This document shows, piece by piece, positions 7,008 through 19,399 of a DNA stretch of 32,000 bases. Positions within the stretch are counted from its first letter, which is position 1, and each line of letters opens with the position of its first letter. The translations under genes were made by a program, and so were the position numbers. Source of the DNA: Kineococcus radiotolerans SRS30216 = ATCC BAA-149 (GTDB lineage Bacteria > Actinomycetota > Actinomycetes > Actinomycetales > Kineococcaceae). The stretch is from contig NC_009664.2 in NCBI RefSeq assembly GCF_000017305.1, positions 3,990,001-4,022,000 of the forward strand. The letters run 5' to 3'. Below the pieces are notes generated by a model, which saw only the letters and a program-made list of their open reading frames with translations, was not told the origin of the DNA and searched no databases.

Positions 7008-8296
7008 ACACGACGCTCATCCAGAAGGTCCGACCGCTCGGCGGTGCGGTGACCGACCTGCTGCTGCGCGACGGCGAGATCGCCGCGGTCGGCCCCGGCC
7101 TGAGCGCGGAGGGCGCCACCGTCCTCGACGCGAGCGGCCTCATCGCCCTGCCCGGGCTCGTCGACCTGCACACCCACCTGCGCGAACCGGGCCGCGAGGA
7201 CGCCGAGACCGTCGACTCCGGCACCCGCAGCGCGGCCCGCGGCGGGTACACCAGCGTGTTCGCGATGGCCAACACCTTCCCCGTCGCCGACACCGCGGGC
7301 GTCGTGGAGCAGGTCCAGCGCCTCGGCGAGGAGGCCGGCTGGGTCGACGTCCGCCCCGTGGGGGCCGTCACCGTCGGCCTCGCCGGCGAGCAGCTCGCCG
7401 AGCTCGGGGCGATGGCCGACTCCCGCGCGGGCGTGCGGGTCTTCTCCGACGACGGGCACTGCGTCTCCGACGCCGTCCTCATGCGCCGGGCGCTGGAGTA
7501 CGTCAAGGCCTTCGACGGGGTCATCGCCCAGCACGCCCAGGAGCCCCGGCTCACCGAGGACGCCCAGATGAACGAGGGCGCGGTGAGCGCCGTCCTCGGC
7601 CTGCGCGGCTGGCCCAGCGTCGCCGAGGAGGCGATCATCGCCCGCGACGTGCTGCTCGCCGACCACGTCGGCTCCCGCCTGCACGTCTGCCACCTCTCCA
7701 CCCGCGGCTCCGTCGAGATCGTCCGCTGGGCCAAGCAGCGCGGGGTGCAGGTCACCGCCGAGGTCACCCCGCACCACCTGCTGCTCACCGACGAGCTCGT
7801 GCGCGGCTACGACCCCGTCTACAAGGTCAACCCGCCGCTGCGCACCCAGGCCGACGTCGAGGCCGTCCGCGAGGGCCTGGCCGACGGCACCATCGACGTC
7901 GTCGCCACCGACCACGCCCCGCACCCGGTGGAGGCCAAGGACTGCGAGTGGTCCGCCGCCGCCATGGGCATGACCGGCCTGGAGACCGCCCTGAGCGTCG
8001 TGCAGCACACCATGGTCGACACCGGGCTCGTCGGCTGGGACGTCCTGGCCGACCGGATGTCCTCGGCCCCCGCCCGCATCGGGCGCCTGCCCGGGCACGG
8101 GCGGCCCCTGGCGGTGGGCAGCCCCGCCAACCTCGTCCTGCTCGACCCCGCCGCCCGCTGGACGGTGGACCCGGCCGCGATGGCCACCGCCGGGCGCAAC
8201 TCCCCGTTCCGGGGGATGGAGCTGCCCGGCCGGGTCGTCGCGACGTTCCTGCGCGGACGGGCCACCGTCCTCGACGGCGAGCTGGTCGGAGCGTGA
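7004..8296 (+). CDS. pyrC: dihydroorotase
   Basis: GTG 7004 has GGGAGGGG upstream and a GTGA overlap with pyrB, giving 430 aa. Motifs are [14 protein letters not shown] and VATDHAPH. The first ~326 codons of track ORF 6026-8296 are an out-of-frame shadow of pyrB. Confidence 0.95.
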   Translation: MNTTLIQKVRPLGGAVTDLLLRDGEIAAVGPGLSAEGATVLDASGLIALPGLVDLHTHLREPGREDAETVDSGTRSAARGGYTSVFAMANTFPVADTAGVVEQVQRLGEEAGWVDVRPVGAVTVGLAGEQLAELGAMADSRAGVRVFSDDGHCVSDAVLMRRALEYVKAFDGVIAQHAQEPRLTEDAQMNEGAVSAVLGLRGWPSVAEEAIIARDVLLADHVGSRLHVCHLSTRGSVEIVRWAKQRGVQVTAEVTPHHLLLTDELVRGYDPVYKVNPPLRTQADVEAVREGLADGTIDVVATDHAPHPVEAKDCEWSAAAMGMTGLETALSVVQHTMVDTGLVGWDVLADRMSSAPARIGRLPGHGRPLAVGSPANLVLLDPAARWTVDPAAMATAGRNSPFRGMELPGRVVATFLRGRATVLDGELVGA

Positions 8297-8811
8297 AGGT
8301 CCTCGCCGTCGTCCTCCTCGTCCTCGCGCTGCTGGTGCTGTGGCGGATGATGTTCATGGGCTACCGCGGCCGCGCGCTGCGGCAGAGGCGGGACCTGCCC
8401 CGCCCGATCGGGTCCCGGGACTGGAAGGGTCTGCGCGACCCCGTGGAGGGCGTCTACGTCTCCACCACGGACGCCGAGAACGCCCTGGACCGGATCGCCG
8501 CCCACGGCCTCGGCAGCCGCAGCGCCGTCCAGATCGGCTTCGTCGACGAGGGCATCGGCCTGCTGCGCCAGGGCGCCCGCTCCTTCGTCGTCCCGCTGGC
8601 CGACGTCGTCGGGATCGGGCACGGACCGGGCATGGTCGGCAAGTGGATCGGCAAGGAGAAGGGCCTCATCGTCCTCCGGTGGAAGCTGGGGGACAGGGTC
8701 GTCGACACGGGAGTCAAACCGCGGCACCCCGCCGAAGGGGCGGCGTTCGCGGAGCAGGTGGAGGAACTCGTGCGCAACCGCAAGAACACGAACCCCGGAG
8801 GTGCCCAGTGA
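8293..8811 (+). CDS. conserved membrane-anchored protein of unknown function embedded in the pyr operon (172 aa)
   Basis: GTG 8293 overlaps the pyrC stop (GTGA) and its own stop overlaps the carA GTG (GTGA). It has an N-terminal TM helix ([17 protein letters not shown]) followed by a soluble domain. GC3 is very high. A membrane-protein gene occupies the same pyrC-carA slot in M. tuberculosis (Rv1382). Confidence 0.75.
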   Translation: MKVLAVVLLVLALLVLWRMMFMGYRGRALRQRRDLPRPIGSRDWKGLRDPVEGVYVSTTDAENALDRIAAHGLGSRSAVQIGFVDEGIGLLRQGARSFVVPLADVVGIGHGPGMVGKWIGKEKGLIVLRWKLGDRVVDTGVKPRHPAEGAAFAEQVEELVRNRKNTNPGGAQ

Positions 8812-10000
8812 ACGCACGCGTCCCCGCCGTGCTCGTCCTGGAGGACGGCCGCACGTTCCACGGACAGGCCTACGGCCGCGTGGGCCAGACCGTCGGTGAG
8901 GCGGTGTTCTCCACCGGCATGACCGGCTACCAGGAGACCCTCACCGACCCCAGCTACCACCGCCAGGTCGTCGTCATGACCGCCCCGCACGTCGGGAACA
9001 CCGGCTACAACGACGAGGACCAGGAGTCCGGGCGGATCTGGGTCGCCGGCTACGTCGTGCGCGACCCCGCGCGCGTCCCCTCCAGCTGGCGCTCGCGGCG
9101 CGGCCTCGGCGAGGAGCTCGACGCGCAGGGCGTCGTCGGGATCTCCGGCGTCGACACCCGGGCCCTGACCCGCCACCTGCGCGAGCGCGGCGCGATGAAG
9201 GTCGGCGTGTTCTCCGGCGAGGCCGCCGAGCGGCCCGCCGCCGAGCTCCTGCGCGCCGTCCAGGACGCCCCCGACATGGTCGGCACCGACCTCGCCTCGC
9301 TGGTCAGCACCGACGAGACCTACGTCGTGCCGGCCGTGGGGGAGCGCCGCTTCTCCGTGACCGCCGTCGACCTCGGCATCAAGTCGATGACCCCGCACCG
9401 CCTCGCCGAGCGCGGCATCGAGGTCACCGTCGTGCCCTCCACCGCGACGCTGGAGGAGGTCCTGACCTCCGGGGCGGACGGCGGCGCCCCGGACGGGGTG
9501 TTCTTCTCCAACGGCCCCGGCGACCCGGCGGCCGCGACCCACGAGATCGAGGTCCTCCAGGGCGTCCTGGAGCGGCGGATCCCCTTCTTCGGCATCTGCT
9601 ACGGCAACCAGCTGCTCGGGCGCGCCCTGGGGTTCGGGACCTACAAGCTCAAGTACGGCCACCGCGGGATCAACCAGCCCGTCATGGACCTGGCCACCCG
9701 CAAGGTCGAGGTCACCGCGCACAACCACGGCTTCGCCGTCGAGGGGAAGGCCGGGGAGGTCCGCGAGACCCCCTACGGGCGCGCCGAGGTCAGCCACGTC
9801 GGCCTCAACGACGGGGTCGTCGAAGGGCTGCGCTGCCTGGACGCACCCGCGTTCTCGGTGCAGTACCACCCCGAGGCCGCGGCCGGCCCGCACGACGCCT
9901 CCTACCTGTTCGACCGGTTCGTCGACCTGCTCTCGGGGACACCCGCGTCCCAGCTCCTCGACACGACCGGGAAGACCGACACCACCGAGAAGGGCGCCTG

Positions 10001-10001
<1 letters not shown>
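8808..10001 (+). CDS. carA: carbamoyl-phosphate synthase small (glutaminase) subunit
   Basis: GTG 8808 has GGAGG 8 nt upstream and gives 397 aa. The N-terminus is [14 protein letters not shown]. The amidotransferase triad context is present ([21 protein letters not shown]). Confidence 0.95.
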
Positions 10002-13311
<3,310 letters not shown>

Positions 13312-13315
<4 letters not shown>

Positions 13316-14172
13316 CGGCGGGGCGGCCGGCGGGGCGCTTCGGGGCCCGGCTGGCGGAAGCGGTGACCGCGCACGGACCGCTGTGCGCGGGGATCGACCC
13401 GCACGCCCCCCTGCTGGCCGCCTGGGGCCTGACCGACGACGCCGCCGGCGTCGAGCGGTTCGGCCGCACCGTCGTGGCCGCGCTGGCCGGGCACGTCGCC
13501 TGCGTGAAGCCGCAGGCGGCGTTCTTCGAGCGGCACGGCTCGCGCGGGGTCGCCGCGCTGGAGCGGGTCCTGGCCGACGCCCGCGAGGCGGGGCTGCTGA
13601 CGATCGTCGACGCCAAGCGCGGCGACATCGGCTCCACCATGGACGGCTACGCCGAGGCCTTCGCGGGCGACTCGCCCCTGGCCGGGGACGCCGTCACCGT
13701 CTCGCCCTACCTGGGCTTCGGGTCCCTGCGCCCGGTGCTCGACCTCGCCGCGGCCACCGGACGGGGCGTCTTCGTCCTCGCCCTGACCTCCAACCCCGAG
13801 GGCGCGGGCGTCCAGCACGCCACCGGGCCCGACGGCCGCGCGGTGGCCCGGGTCGTGGCGGAGTCGGCGGCCGCGGAGAACGCCGGGGCCGAGCCGTTCG
13901 GCGACGTCGGCCTCGTCGTCGGCGCCACCGTCGGCTCCGCCGTGCGGGACCTGGGCATCGACCTCGACGCCGTGAACGGGCCGCTGCTGGCCCCCGGCGT
14001 CGGCGCCCAGGGGGCCACCGCGGAGGACCTGCGGCAGGTGTTCGGCGACGCCCGGCGGCTGGTGCTGGCCGCCAGCTCCCGGGAGGTCCTGCGGGCCGGC
14101 CCCGAGCCCGTCGCCCTGCGCGACGCCGCGCGCCGCTCGGCGGACGCGGTGCGCGCAGCGCTGTCCGCCTGA
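13312..14172 (+). CDS. pyrF: orotidine-5'-phosphate decarboxylase (type 2)
   Basis: 286-aa ORF with [14 protein letters not shown] and [11 protein letters not shown] motifs. The GTG overlaps the carB stop (GTGA 13312-13315). Confidence 0.9.
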
Positions 14173-14453
14173 TGCCCTCCCGGGAGATCGCGCGCGGGCT
14201 CGCCGCCCTCACCGTGACCGCCGTGGAGGTCGGGCACGACGAGCTCGAGGCCCGGCGCCAGGTCGGGGCCTTCCTGCGCGGGCTGTCGCTGGACCCGGTG
14301 ACGGTCCTGCGCGAGGCCGTCGCCGCCGTCGCCGAGCTCGCCCCGGCCGAGATGCGCGAGGCCGGCGGGGAGCACCAGCTCCTCGCCGCCCTCGAGGCCC
14401 GCGCCTGGCTGGAGCGGATGACCGCCGACGCCGCGCGCGGCACCGCCCTCTGA
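14172..14453 (+). CDS. hypothetical protein (93 aa) translationally coupled to pyrF
   Basis: ATG 14172 overlaps the pyrF stop (TGATG). GC3 is essentially 100% in this frame. The product is predicted helical and Ala/Glu/Leu-rich ([30 protein letters not shown]...). I do not recognise a family. Confidence 0.6.
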   Translation: MPSREIARGLAALTVTAVEVGHDELEARRQVGAFLRGLSLDPVTVLREAVAAVAELAPAEMREAGGEHQLLAALEARAWLERMTADAARGTAL

Positions 14454-14462
14454 GCGCCGGGC

Positions 14463-14493
14463 CCGCCGCGCCGTCGCCGCCGCGGCGCGGCGG
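14463..14493 (+). terminator. GC-rich hairpin after the pyr operon
   Basis: CCGCCGCGCCG (14463-14473) pairs perfectly with CGGCGCGGCGG (14483-14493). It begins 10 nt after the stop at 14453. There is no U-tract. Confidence 0.5.
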
Positions 14494-14627
14494 TCGCTAG
14501 GATCCCCGCGGAGCTGCGAAGGAGCGCTCCGGTCAGGAGGCAGGTTGTCCAGTCGGAGACGTCCGGGTCAGGCAGACCTCACAGGACACCCCCTCTGTTA
14601 CAACTGCGTGACGCGGCCCGGATGTGT

Positions 14628-14656
14628 TTGGTGAGCACCCGCGCATCGCCTAGCGT
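14628..14656 (+). promoter_or_regulatory. candidate promoter of the ABC importer operon
   Basis: TTGGTG, a 17-nt spacer, then TAGCGT (TANNNT class). It lies 44 to 83 nt upstream of the candidate start codons of the binding-protein gene. Confidence 0.3.
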
Positions 14657-14738
14657 CAGCCCCCCCGGTGCCCCGCACCGGGACGCGCACGACCCGCAGA
14701 TGTCGACCCGCAGGAACCACGCCGGAACGAGGACGCAG

Positions 14739-16454
14739 ATGTCGCCCGAGATGCAGGACCCGACGCCCGAGAACGCGCAGCACCCGTCGCGCCGAGCCTT
14801 CAGCCTCGCCGCCGTGGCGACGGCCGGGCTGGCCACCCTCACCGCCTGCGCGCAGAGCGAGCGCGACGACTCCGGGGACGAGGGGACCGAGGGGGGCGGC
14901 AGCACCCGCGACACGTTCGTCTTCGGCGGGGCCTCCGACCCCGACTCCCTGGACCCGTTCTTCGCCTCCGACGGCGAGACCTTCCGGATCAGCCGGCAGA
15001 TCTTCGAGGGGCTGGTCTCCACCAAGCCCGGCACCACCGACCTCGCCCCGGCGCTGGCCAGCGACTGGACCACCTCCGAGGACGGCCTCAGCTACACGTT
15101 CACCCTGCAGGAGGGGGTGACGTTCTCCAACGGCAAGCCCTTCGACGCCGCGGCCGTCGTCGCGAACTTCGAGCGCTGGTACAACCTCACCGGCATCGCC
15201 CAGGGCGAGGACCTTGCGTACTACTACCGCTCCATCTTCCGCGGCTTCAAGACCAACGAGGACGCCGCCCTCACCACCTCGCTGTACGCCGGGTCCACCG
15301 CGAACGCCGACGGCACCGTCACCGTCAACCTGACCTCGCCGTTCGCGGGCTTCCTGGCCGCGCTGACCCTGCCGGCCCTCTCGATGCAGGAGACGTCCGC
15401 GGTCGAGGCCGGCGGCGGCAACGGCGCCGACGGCAGCGACCCCCGGCAGAGCGCTTACGCCACCTCCGGGCCCGTCGGCACCGGGCCGTACGTCTTCGAC
15501 TCCTGGGAGCGCGGCCAGCAGGTCACCCTCAAGCGCAACGAGGAGTACTGGGGCGAGAAGGCCAAGACCCCCACCGCCATCGTCCGCTTCATCGGCGACG
15601 GCACCGCGCGCAAGACCGCCCTGCAGAACGGCGACATCGACGGCTACGACCTCGTGGCGCCCGCCGACGTGGCGACCCTGGAGTCGGGCGGGTTCCAGAT
15701 CCAGAACCGGCCCGCCTTCAACATCCTCTACCTCGGCATCAACCAGGCGTTCCCGCCGCTGCAGGACCTCAAGGTCCGCCAGGCCATCGCCCACGCCATC
15801 GACAAGGACGCGGTCGTCAAGAACGCGCTGCCCGAGGGCACCGAGGTCGCGACCCAGTTCATGCCGAGCAACGTCATCGGCTGGAACGAGGGGGTCACCA
15901 CCTACGAGTTCTCCATCGACAAGGCCAAGCAGCTGCTCACCGAGGCCGGCCAGGCGAACCTCACCATCCCGTTCAACTACCCGACCGGCGTCTCGCGGCC
16001 CTACATGCCGAACCCGGAGACCATCTTCAAGGCCATCCAGTCGCAGCTGACCGCGGCCGGGATCACCACGACCCCGGTGGCCGAGCAGTGGACGCCGAAC
16101 TACCTCGACACCGTCCAGGGCGGGGCCAACCACGGCCTGCACCTGCTCGGGTGGACCGGCGACTACAACGACCCGGACAACTTCATCGGCGTGTTCTTCG
16201 GCGCGCAGACCAACGAGTGGGGCTTCAACGACCCCGGGTTGTTCGAGGCGCTGGCCGCGGCCCGCACCGTCACCAGCGAGGAGGAGCAGGAGAGCGCCTA
16301 CCAGGACATCAACGAGCAGATCATGACCCTGCTGCCGGGCATCCCGATCGCCAGCCCCGTCCCGTCGCTGGCCTTCGCCGCCGGGGTCGAGGGGTACACC
16401 GCCAGCCCCGTCCAGGACGAGGTGTGGAACACCGTGACGGTGTCCGACAGCTGA
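14739..16454 (+). CDS. ABC transporter substrate-binding lipoprotein, family 5 (peptide/nickel, DppA/OppA-like), Tat-exported
   Basis: It has a twin-arginine motif plus lipobox (SRRAFSLAAVATAGLATLTAC) followed by typical family-5 sequence (FVFGGASDPDSLDP, GTGPYVFDSWERGQQVTLKRNEEYWG). ATG 14739 has GAGGA 5 nt upstream. In-frame ATGs at 14700 and 14751 are alternatives. Track start 14622 would give an implausibly long n-region. Confidence 0.88.
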   Translation: MSPEMQDPTPENAQHPSRRAFSLAAVATAGLATLTACAQSERDDSGDEGTEGGGSTRDTFVFGGASDPDSLDPFFASDGETFRISRQIFEGLVSTKPGTTDLAPALASDWTTSEDGLSYTFTLQEGVTFSNGKPFDAAAVVANFERWYNLTGIAQGEDLAYYYRSIFRGFKTNEDAALTTSLYAGSTANADGTVTVNLTSPFAGFLAALTLPALSMQETSAVEAGGGNGADGSDPRQSAYATSGPVGTGPYVFDSWERGQQVTLKRNEEYWGEKAKTPTAIVRFIGDGTARKTALQNGDIDGYDLVAPADVATLESGGFQIQNRPAFNILYLGINQAFPPLQDLKVRQAIAHAIDKDAVVKNALPEGTEVATQFMPSNVIGWNEGVTTYEFSIDKAKQLLTEAGQANLTIPFNYPTGVSRPYMPNPETIFKAIQSQLTAAGITTTPVAEQWTPNYLDTVQGGANHGLHLLGWTGDYNDPDNFIGVFFGAQTNEWGFNDPGLFEALAAARTVTSEEEQESAYQDINEQIMTLLPGIPIASPVPSLAFAAGVEGYTASPVQDEVWNTVTVSDS

Positions 16455-16485
16455 TGGTGCTCCTCCTCAGCCGGGAGGGGGCGGC

Positions 16486-17490
16486 GTGCTGACGTTCGTC
16501 GTGCGCCGCCTCGGCCTCCTGGTCGTCGTCCTGTTCGGGTTGTCGCTGCTGCTGTTCGCCTGGATCCGGGCCCTGCCCGGGGACCCCGCGCGGGCCCTGC
16601 TGGGGGAGAAGGCGACCCCGGCGGGCATCGCCTCGGTCAACGCCCGCTACGGGTTCGACCAGCCCGTGTGGCAGCAGTACCTCACCTACCTCGGGCAGAT
16701 CGTGCGCGGTGACTTCGGGTCCTCCATCAACACCGGGGAACCCGTCGTCTCCACGTTCGCCGAGCGGTTCCCCGCCACCATCGAGCTGGCGCTGGCCGCG
16801 CTGGTCCTCGCCATCGCCCTCGGGATCCCGCTGGGCTACCTCGCCGCCCGCCGCCGCGGCGGCTGGCTGGACAACGCCGTCGTCGGCGGCTCGCTGCTCG
16901 GGGTCGTCGTCCCGGTGTTCTTCCTCGCCGTCATCCTCAAGTACCTCCTGGCCATCGAGCTGGGGTGGTTCCCCACCACCGGGCGGCAGGACGCCCGCAT
17001 CGACGCGACCCACGTCACGAACTTCTACGTGCTCGACGGGTTGCTGACCCGGGAGTGGGACGCGAGCTGGGACGCGCTGGTGCACCTCGTGCTGCCCGCG
17101 CTGGCCCTGGGGTCCATCCCGCTGGCCATCATCGTCCGCATCACCCGGGCCTCGGTGCTCGACGTCCTGGGCGACGACCACGTCCGCACGGCGCGGGCCA
17201 AGGGCCTGCCGCAGGGGATCATCAGCCGCCGGCACGTGCTGCGCAACGCGCTGCTGCCGGTGTCCACGACGCTCGGCCTGCAAGCGGGTGCGCTGCTGTC
17301 CGGGGCGGTGCTGACCGAGACGGTGTTCGCCATCAACGGCATCGGCAGCTACCTCTTCGACGCCGTCACGCAGCTGGACTACCCGGTGCTGCAAGGGTTC
17401 ATCCTGTTCATCGCCGTCATGTACGCGCTGGTCAACCTCGTGGTGGACGTCAGCTACGGGTTCATCGATCCGAGGGTTCGAGTCTCATGA
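16486..17490 (+). CDS. ABC transporter permease (DppB/OppB-like)
   Basis: 334-aa ORF. The N-terminus (M)LTFVVRRLGLLVVVLFGLSLLLF...LPGDPA is typical of this family, with multiple TM segments. GGGAGGGGG lies upstream of GTG 16486. Confidence 0.92.
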   Translation: MLTFVVRRLGLLVVVLFGLSLLLFAWIRALPGDPARALLGEKATPAGIASVNARYGFDQPVWQQYLTYLGQIVRGDFGSSINTGEPVVSTFAERFPATIELALAALVLAIALGIPLGYLAARRRGGWLDNAVVGGSLLGVVVPVFFLAVILKYLLAIELGWFPTTGRQDARIDATHVTNFYVLDGLLTREWDASWDALVHLVLPALALGSIPLAIIVRITRASVLDVLGDDHVRTARAKGLPQGIISRRHVLRNALLPVSTTLGLQAGALLSGAVLTETVFAINGIGSYLFDAVTQLDYPVLQGFILFIAVMYALVNLVVDVSYGFIDPRVRVS

Positions 17491-18410
17491 GCGCACTGGA
17501 CGCACTGACCCCCCAGACCCCCGCCGCGGCGGAGGTCACCGGGGAGGCGGGCCTCGGTCCCTGGCACGCCGCCTGGCGGCGGTTGCGCCGCAACCCCTCC
17601 GGCATCGTGGGCGCCGTCCTCGTGCTGCTGTTCGTGCTCGTCGCGATCGCGGCCCCGCTGCTGGCGCCCTACCGGCCGGCGACGGCGGAGTGGTTCGGCG
17701 AGGTCACCCCCACCCAGGTGCCGGGCCCCAGCGAGGACCACCCGCTGGGGCTGGACTCCTTCGGGTCGGACCTGCTGACCCAGCTCATCTACGGCGCGCG
17801 CTCCTCGCTGGTCATCGGCGTGGTCTCCACCGCCATCGGGCTGGCCGCGGGCGCCCTGCTGGGCGTCCTCGCGGGCGGCATCGGCGGCTGGGTCGACACC
17901 CTCGTCATGCGCGTCGTCGACGTCCTGCTGTCGATCCCCTCGCTGCTGCTGGCGGTGTCGATCGCCGCGGTGCTGGACCGCGGCTCGTTCTCGATCATGC
18001 TGGCCATCTCGGCGGCGCAGGTGCCGATCTTCGCCCGCCTGCTGCGGGCGTCCCTGCTGGCCCAGCGCGGCCAGGACTACGTCGTCGCCCTGAAGTCGCT
18101 GGGGTTGCGCCAGCGCCGGATCGTCGTGGGCCACATGCTGCCCAACTCCCTCGGCCCCGTGCTGGTGCAGGCCACCCTGACGCTGGCGACCGCGGTCATC
18201 GAGGTCGCCGCCCTGAGCTTCCTGGGCCTGGGCGACCCCGACCCGGCCGTCGCGGAGTGGGGGCGGATGCTCGTCACCGCCCAGGCCCGCCTCGACCAGG
18301 CGCCGATGCTGGCCATCTACCCCGGTCTCGCGATCGCCGTCACCGCGCTGGGGTTCACCCTGCTCGGCGAGGCGCTGCGCGAGGCCCTCGACCCGAGGAG
18401 TTCCCGATGA
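17487..18410 (+). CDS. ABC transporter permease (DppC/OppC-like)
   Basis: ATG 17487 overlaps the upstream stop (ATGA) and gives 307 aa. The N-terminus is ...[33 protein letters not shown], followed by [13 protein letters not shown]. Confidence 0.92.
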   Translation: MSALDALTPQTPAAAEVTGEAGLGPWHAAWRRLRRNPSGIVGAVLVLLFVLVAIAAPLLAPYRPATAEWFGEVTPTQVPGPSEDHPLGLDSFGSDLLTQLIYGARSSLVIGVVSTAIGLAAGALLGVLAGGIGGWVDTLVMRVVDVLLSIPSLLLAVSIAAVLDRGSFSIMLAISAAQVPIFARLLRASLLAQRGQDYVVALKSLGLRQRRIVVGHMLPNSLGPVLVQATLTLATAVIEVAALSFLGLGDPDPAVAEWGRMLVTAQARLDQAPMLAIYPGLAIAVTALGFTLLGEALREALDPRSSR

Positions 18411-19399
18411 GCCTGCTGGAGGTCGACGACCTGCGGGTCGTGTTCTCCCGCAAGGGCGGACCCAGCACCACGGCCGTGGACGGGGTGTCCTTCTCCGTCG
18501 ACGCCGGGGAGGTCGTCGGCCTGGTCGGGGAGTCCGGGTGCGGGAAGTCCGTCACCTCGCTGGCCGTCATGGGGCTGCTGCCCCAGCGCACCGCGACGGT
18601 CACCGGCGCGGTGCGCTTCGACGGCACCGACCTGCTGACCCTCAGCCCCGCGCAGCTGGCCAGGCGCCGCGGCCGGGACCTGGCCATGGTGTTCCAGGAC
18701 CCGATGACCTCGCTGAACCCCGTCCTGACCCTGGGGCGGCAGCTCACCGAGGTGCTGCGCACCCACACCGACCTCGACCGCGCCGCGGCGAAGCGGGAGG
18801 CCGTGGAGCTGCTCGGCCGGGTCGGGATCCCCGACCCGCGGCGGCGGGTGGGGGAGTACCCCCACCAGCTGTCCGGGGGGATGCGCCAGCGCGTCCTCAT
18901 CGCCATCGCCCTGGCCTGCTCCCCGCGCCTCATCATCGCCGACGAGCCCACGACCGCCCTCGACGTGACGATCCAGGCCCAGGTGCTGGACCTGCTCACG
19001 ACCCTGGTCCGGGAGTCGGGGACCGCCATGGTCCTCATCACCCACGACCTCGGCGTCGTCGCCGGCACCTGCGACCGGGTCAACGTCCTCTACGCCGGGC
19101 GCGTCGTGGAGCAGGCCGGGCGGAACGACCTCTTCGCCCAGCCCCGGCACCGCTACACCACGGGGCTGCTCGCCGCCGTCCCCCGCGTCGACGCCCCCGA
19201 GGGCACGGCGCTGCAACCCGTCCCGGGTTCCGTGCGCGACCGGCTGGAGTGGGCGCAGGGCTGCGCGTTCGCCCCGCGCTGCGGCTTCGCCGACGACGCC
19301 TGCCGCCGCGGCGACATCGCCCTGACCGGCCCCGCCGGCTCCCCCCACCTCGCGCGGTGCGTCCACCCCGCCGCAGACGCCCTGGAGGCCACCCCGTGA
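18407..19399 (+). CDS. ABC transporter ATP-binding protein (DppD/OppD-like)
   Basis: ATG 18407 overlaps the upstream stop (ATGA). Motifs are Walker A GESGCGKS, signature LSGGMRQR and Walker [13 protein letters not shown]. The C-terminal oligopeptide-transporter domain carries 4 Cys. Confidence 0.95.
   Translation: MSLLEVDDLRVVFSRKGGPSTTAVDGVSFSVDAGEVVGLVGESGCGKSVTSLAVMGLLPQRTATVTGAVRFDGTDLLTLSPAQLARRRGRDLAMVFQDPMTSLNPVLTLGRQLTEVLRTHTDLDRAAAKREAVELLGRVGIPDPRRRVGEYPHQLSGGMRQRVLIAIALACSPRLIIADEPTTALDVTIQAQVLDLLTTLVRESGTAMVLITHDLGVVAGTCDRVNVLYAGRVVEQAGRNDLFAQPRHRYTTGLLAAVPRVDAPEGTALQPVPGSVRDRLEWAQGCAFAPRCGFADDACRRGDIALTGPAGSPHLARCVHPAADALEATP

Noticed and set aside
6026-8296. 756-aa plus-strand ORF that looks like a large fusion protein ending in dihydroorotase
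   Set aside because: The first ~326 codons overlap pyrB out of frame and are Arg/Pro-rich nonsense. Homology to PyrC begins at GTG 7004, which has an SD and overlaps the pyrB stop. The same applies to the N-terminal extensions of track ORFs 8340-10001 (carA), 16965-18410, 17690-19399, 18538-20478, 21201-23135, 22238-24331, 24704-27472, 28253-29479 and 29257-30936.
14551-14567. AGTCGGAGACGTCCGG, resembling the cobalamin riboswitch B12 box (AGYCMGGAGACCKGCC), upstream of a family-5 (possibly Ni/Co) ABC importer
   Set aside because: It is one nucleotide short of the consensus. The other invariant cobalamin-riboswitch elements (GGGAA, GGUG..AAUCC, GCCACUG) are absent from 14454-14740. A covariance-model scan would settle this, but by eye it is not a B12 element.
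17471-17486. GGGTTCGAGTCTC, resembling a tRNA T-arm/T-loop
   Set aside because: The flanking bases cannot form the 5-bp T-stem. No acceptor, D or anticodon arms can be drawn upstream. The sequence is the in-frame 3' end of the DppB-like permease (…IDPRVRVS*).
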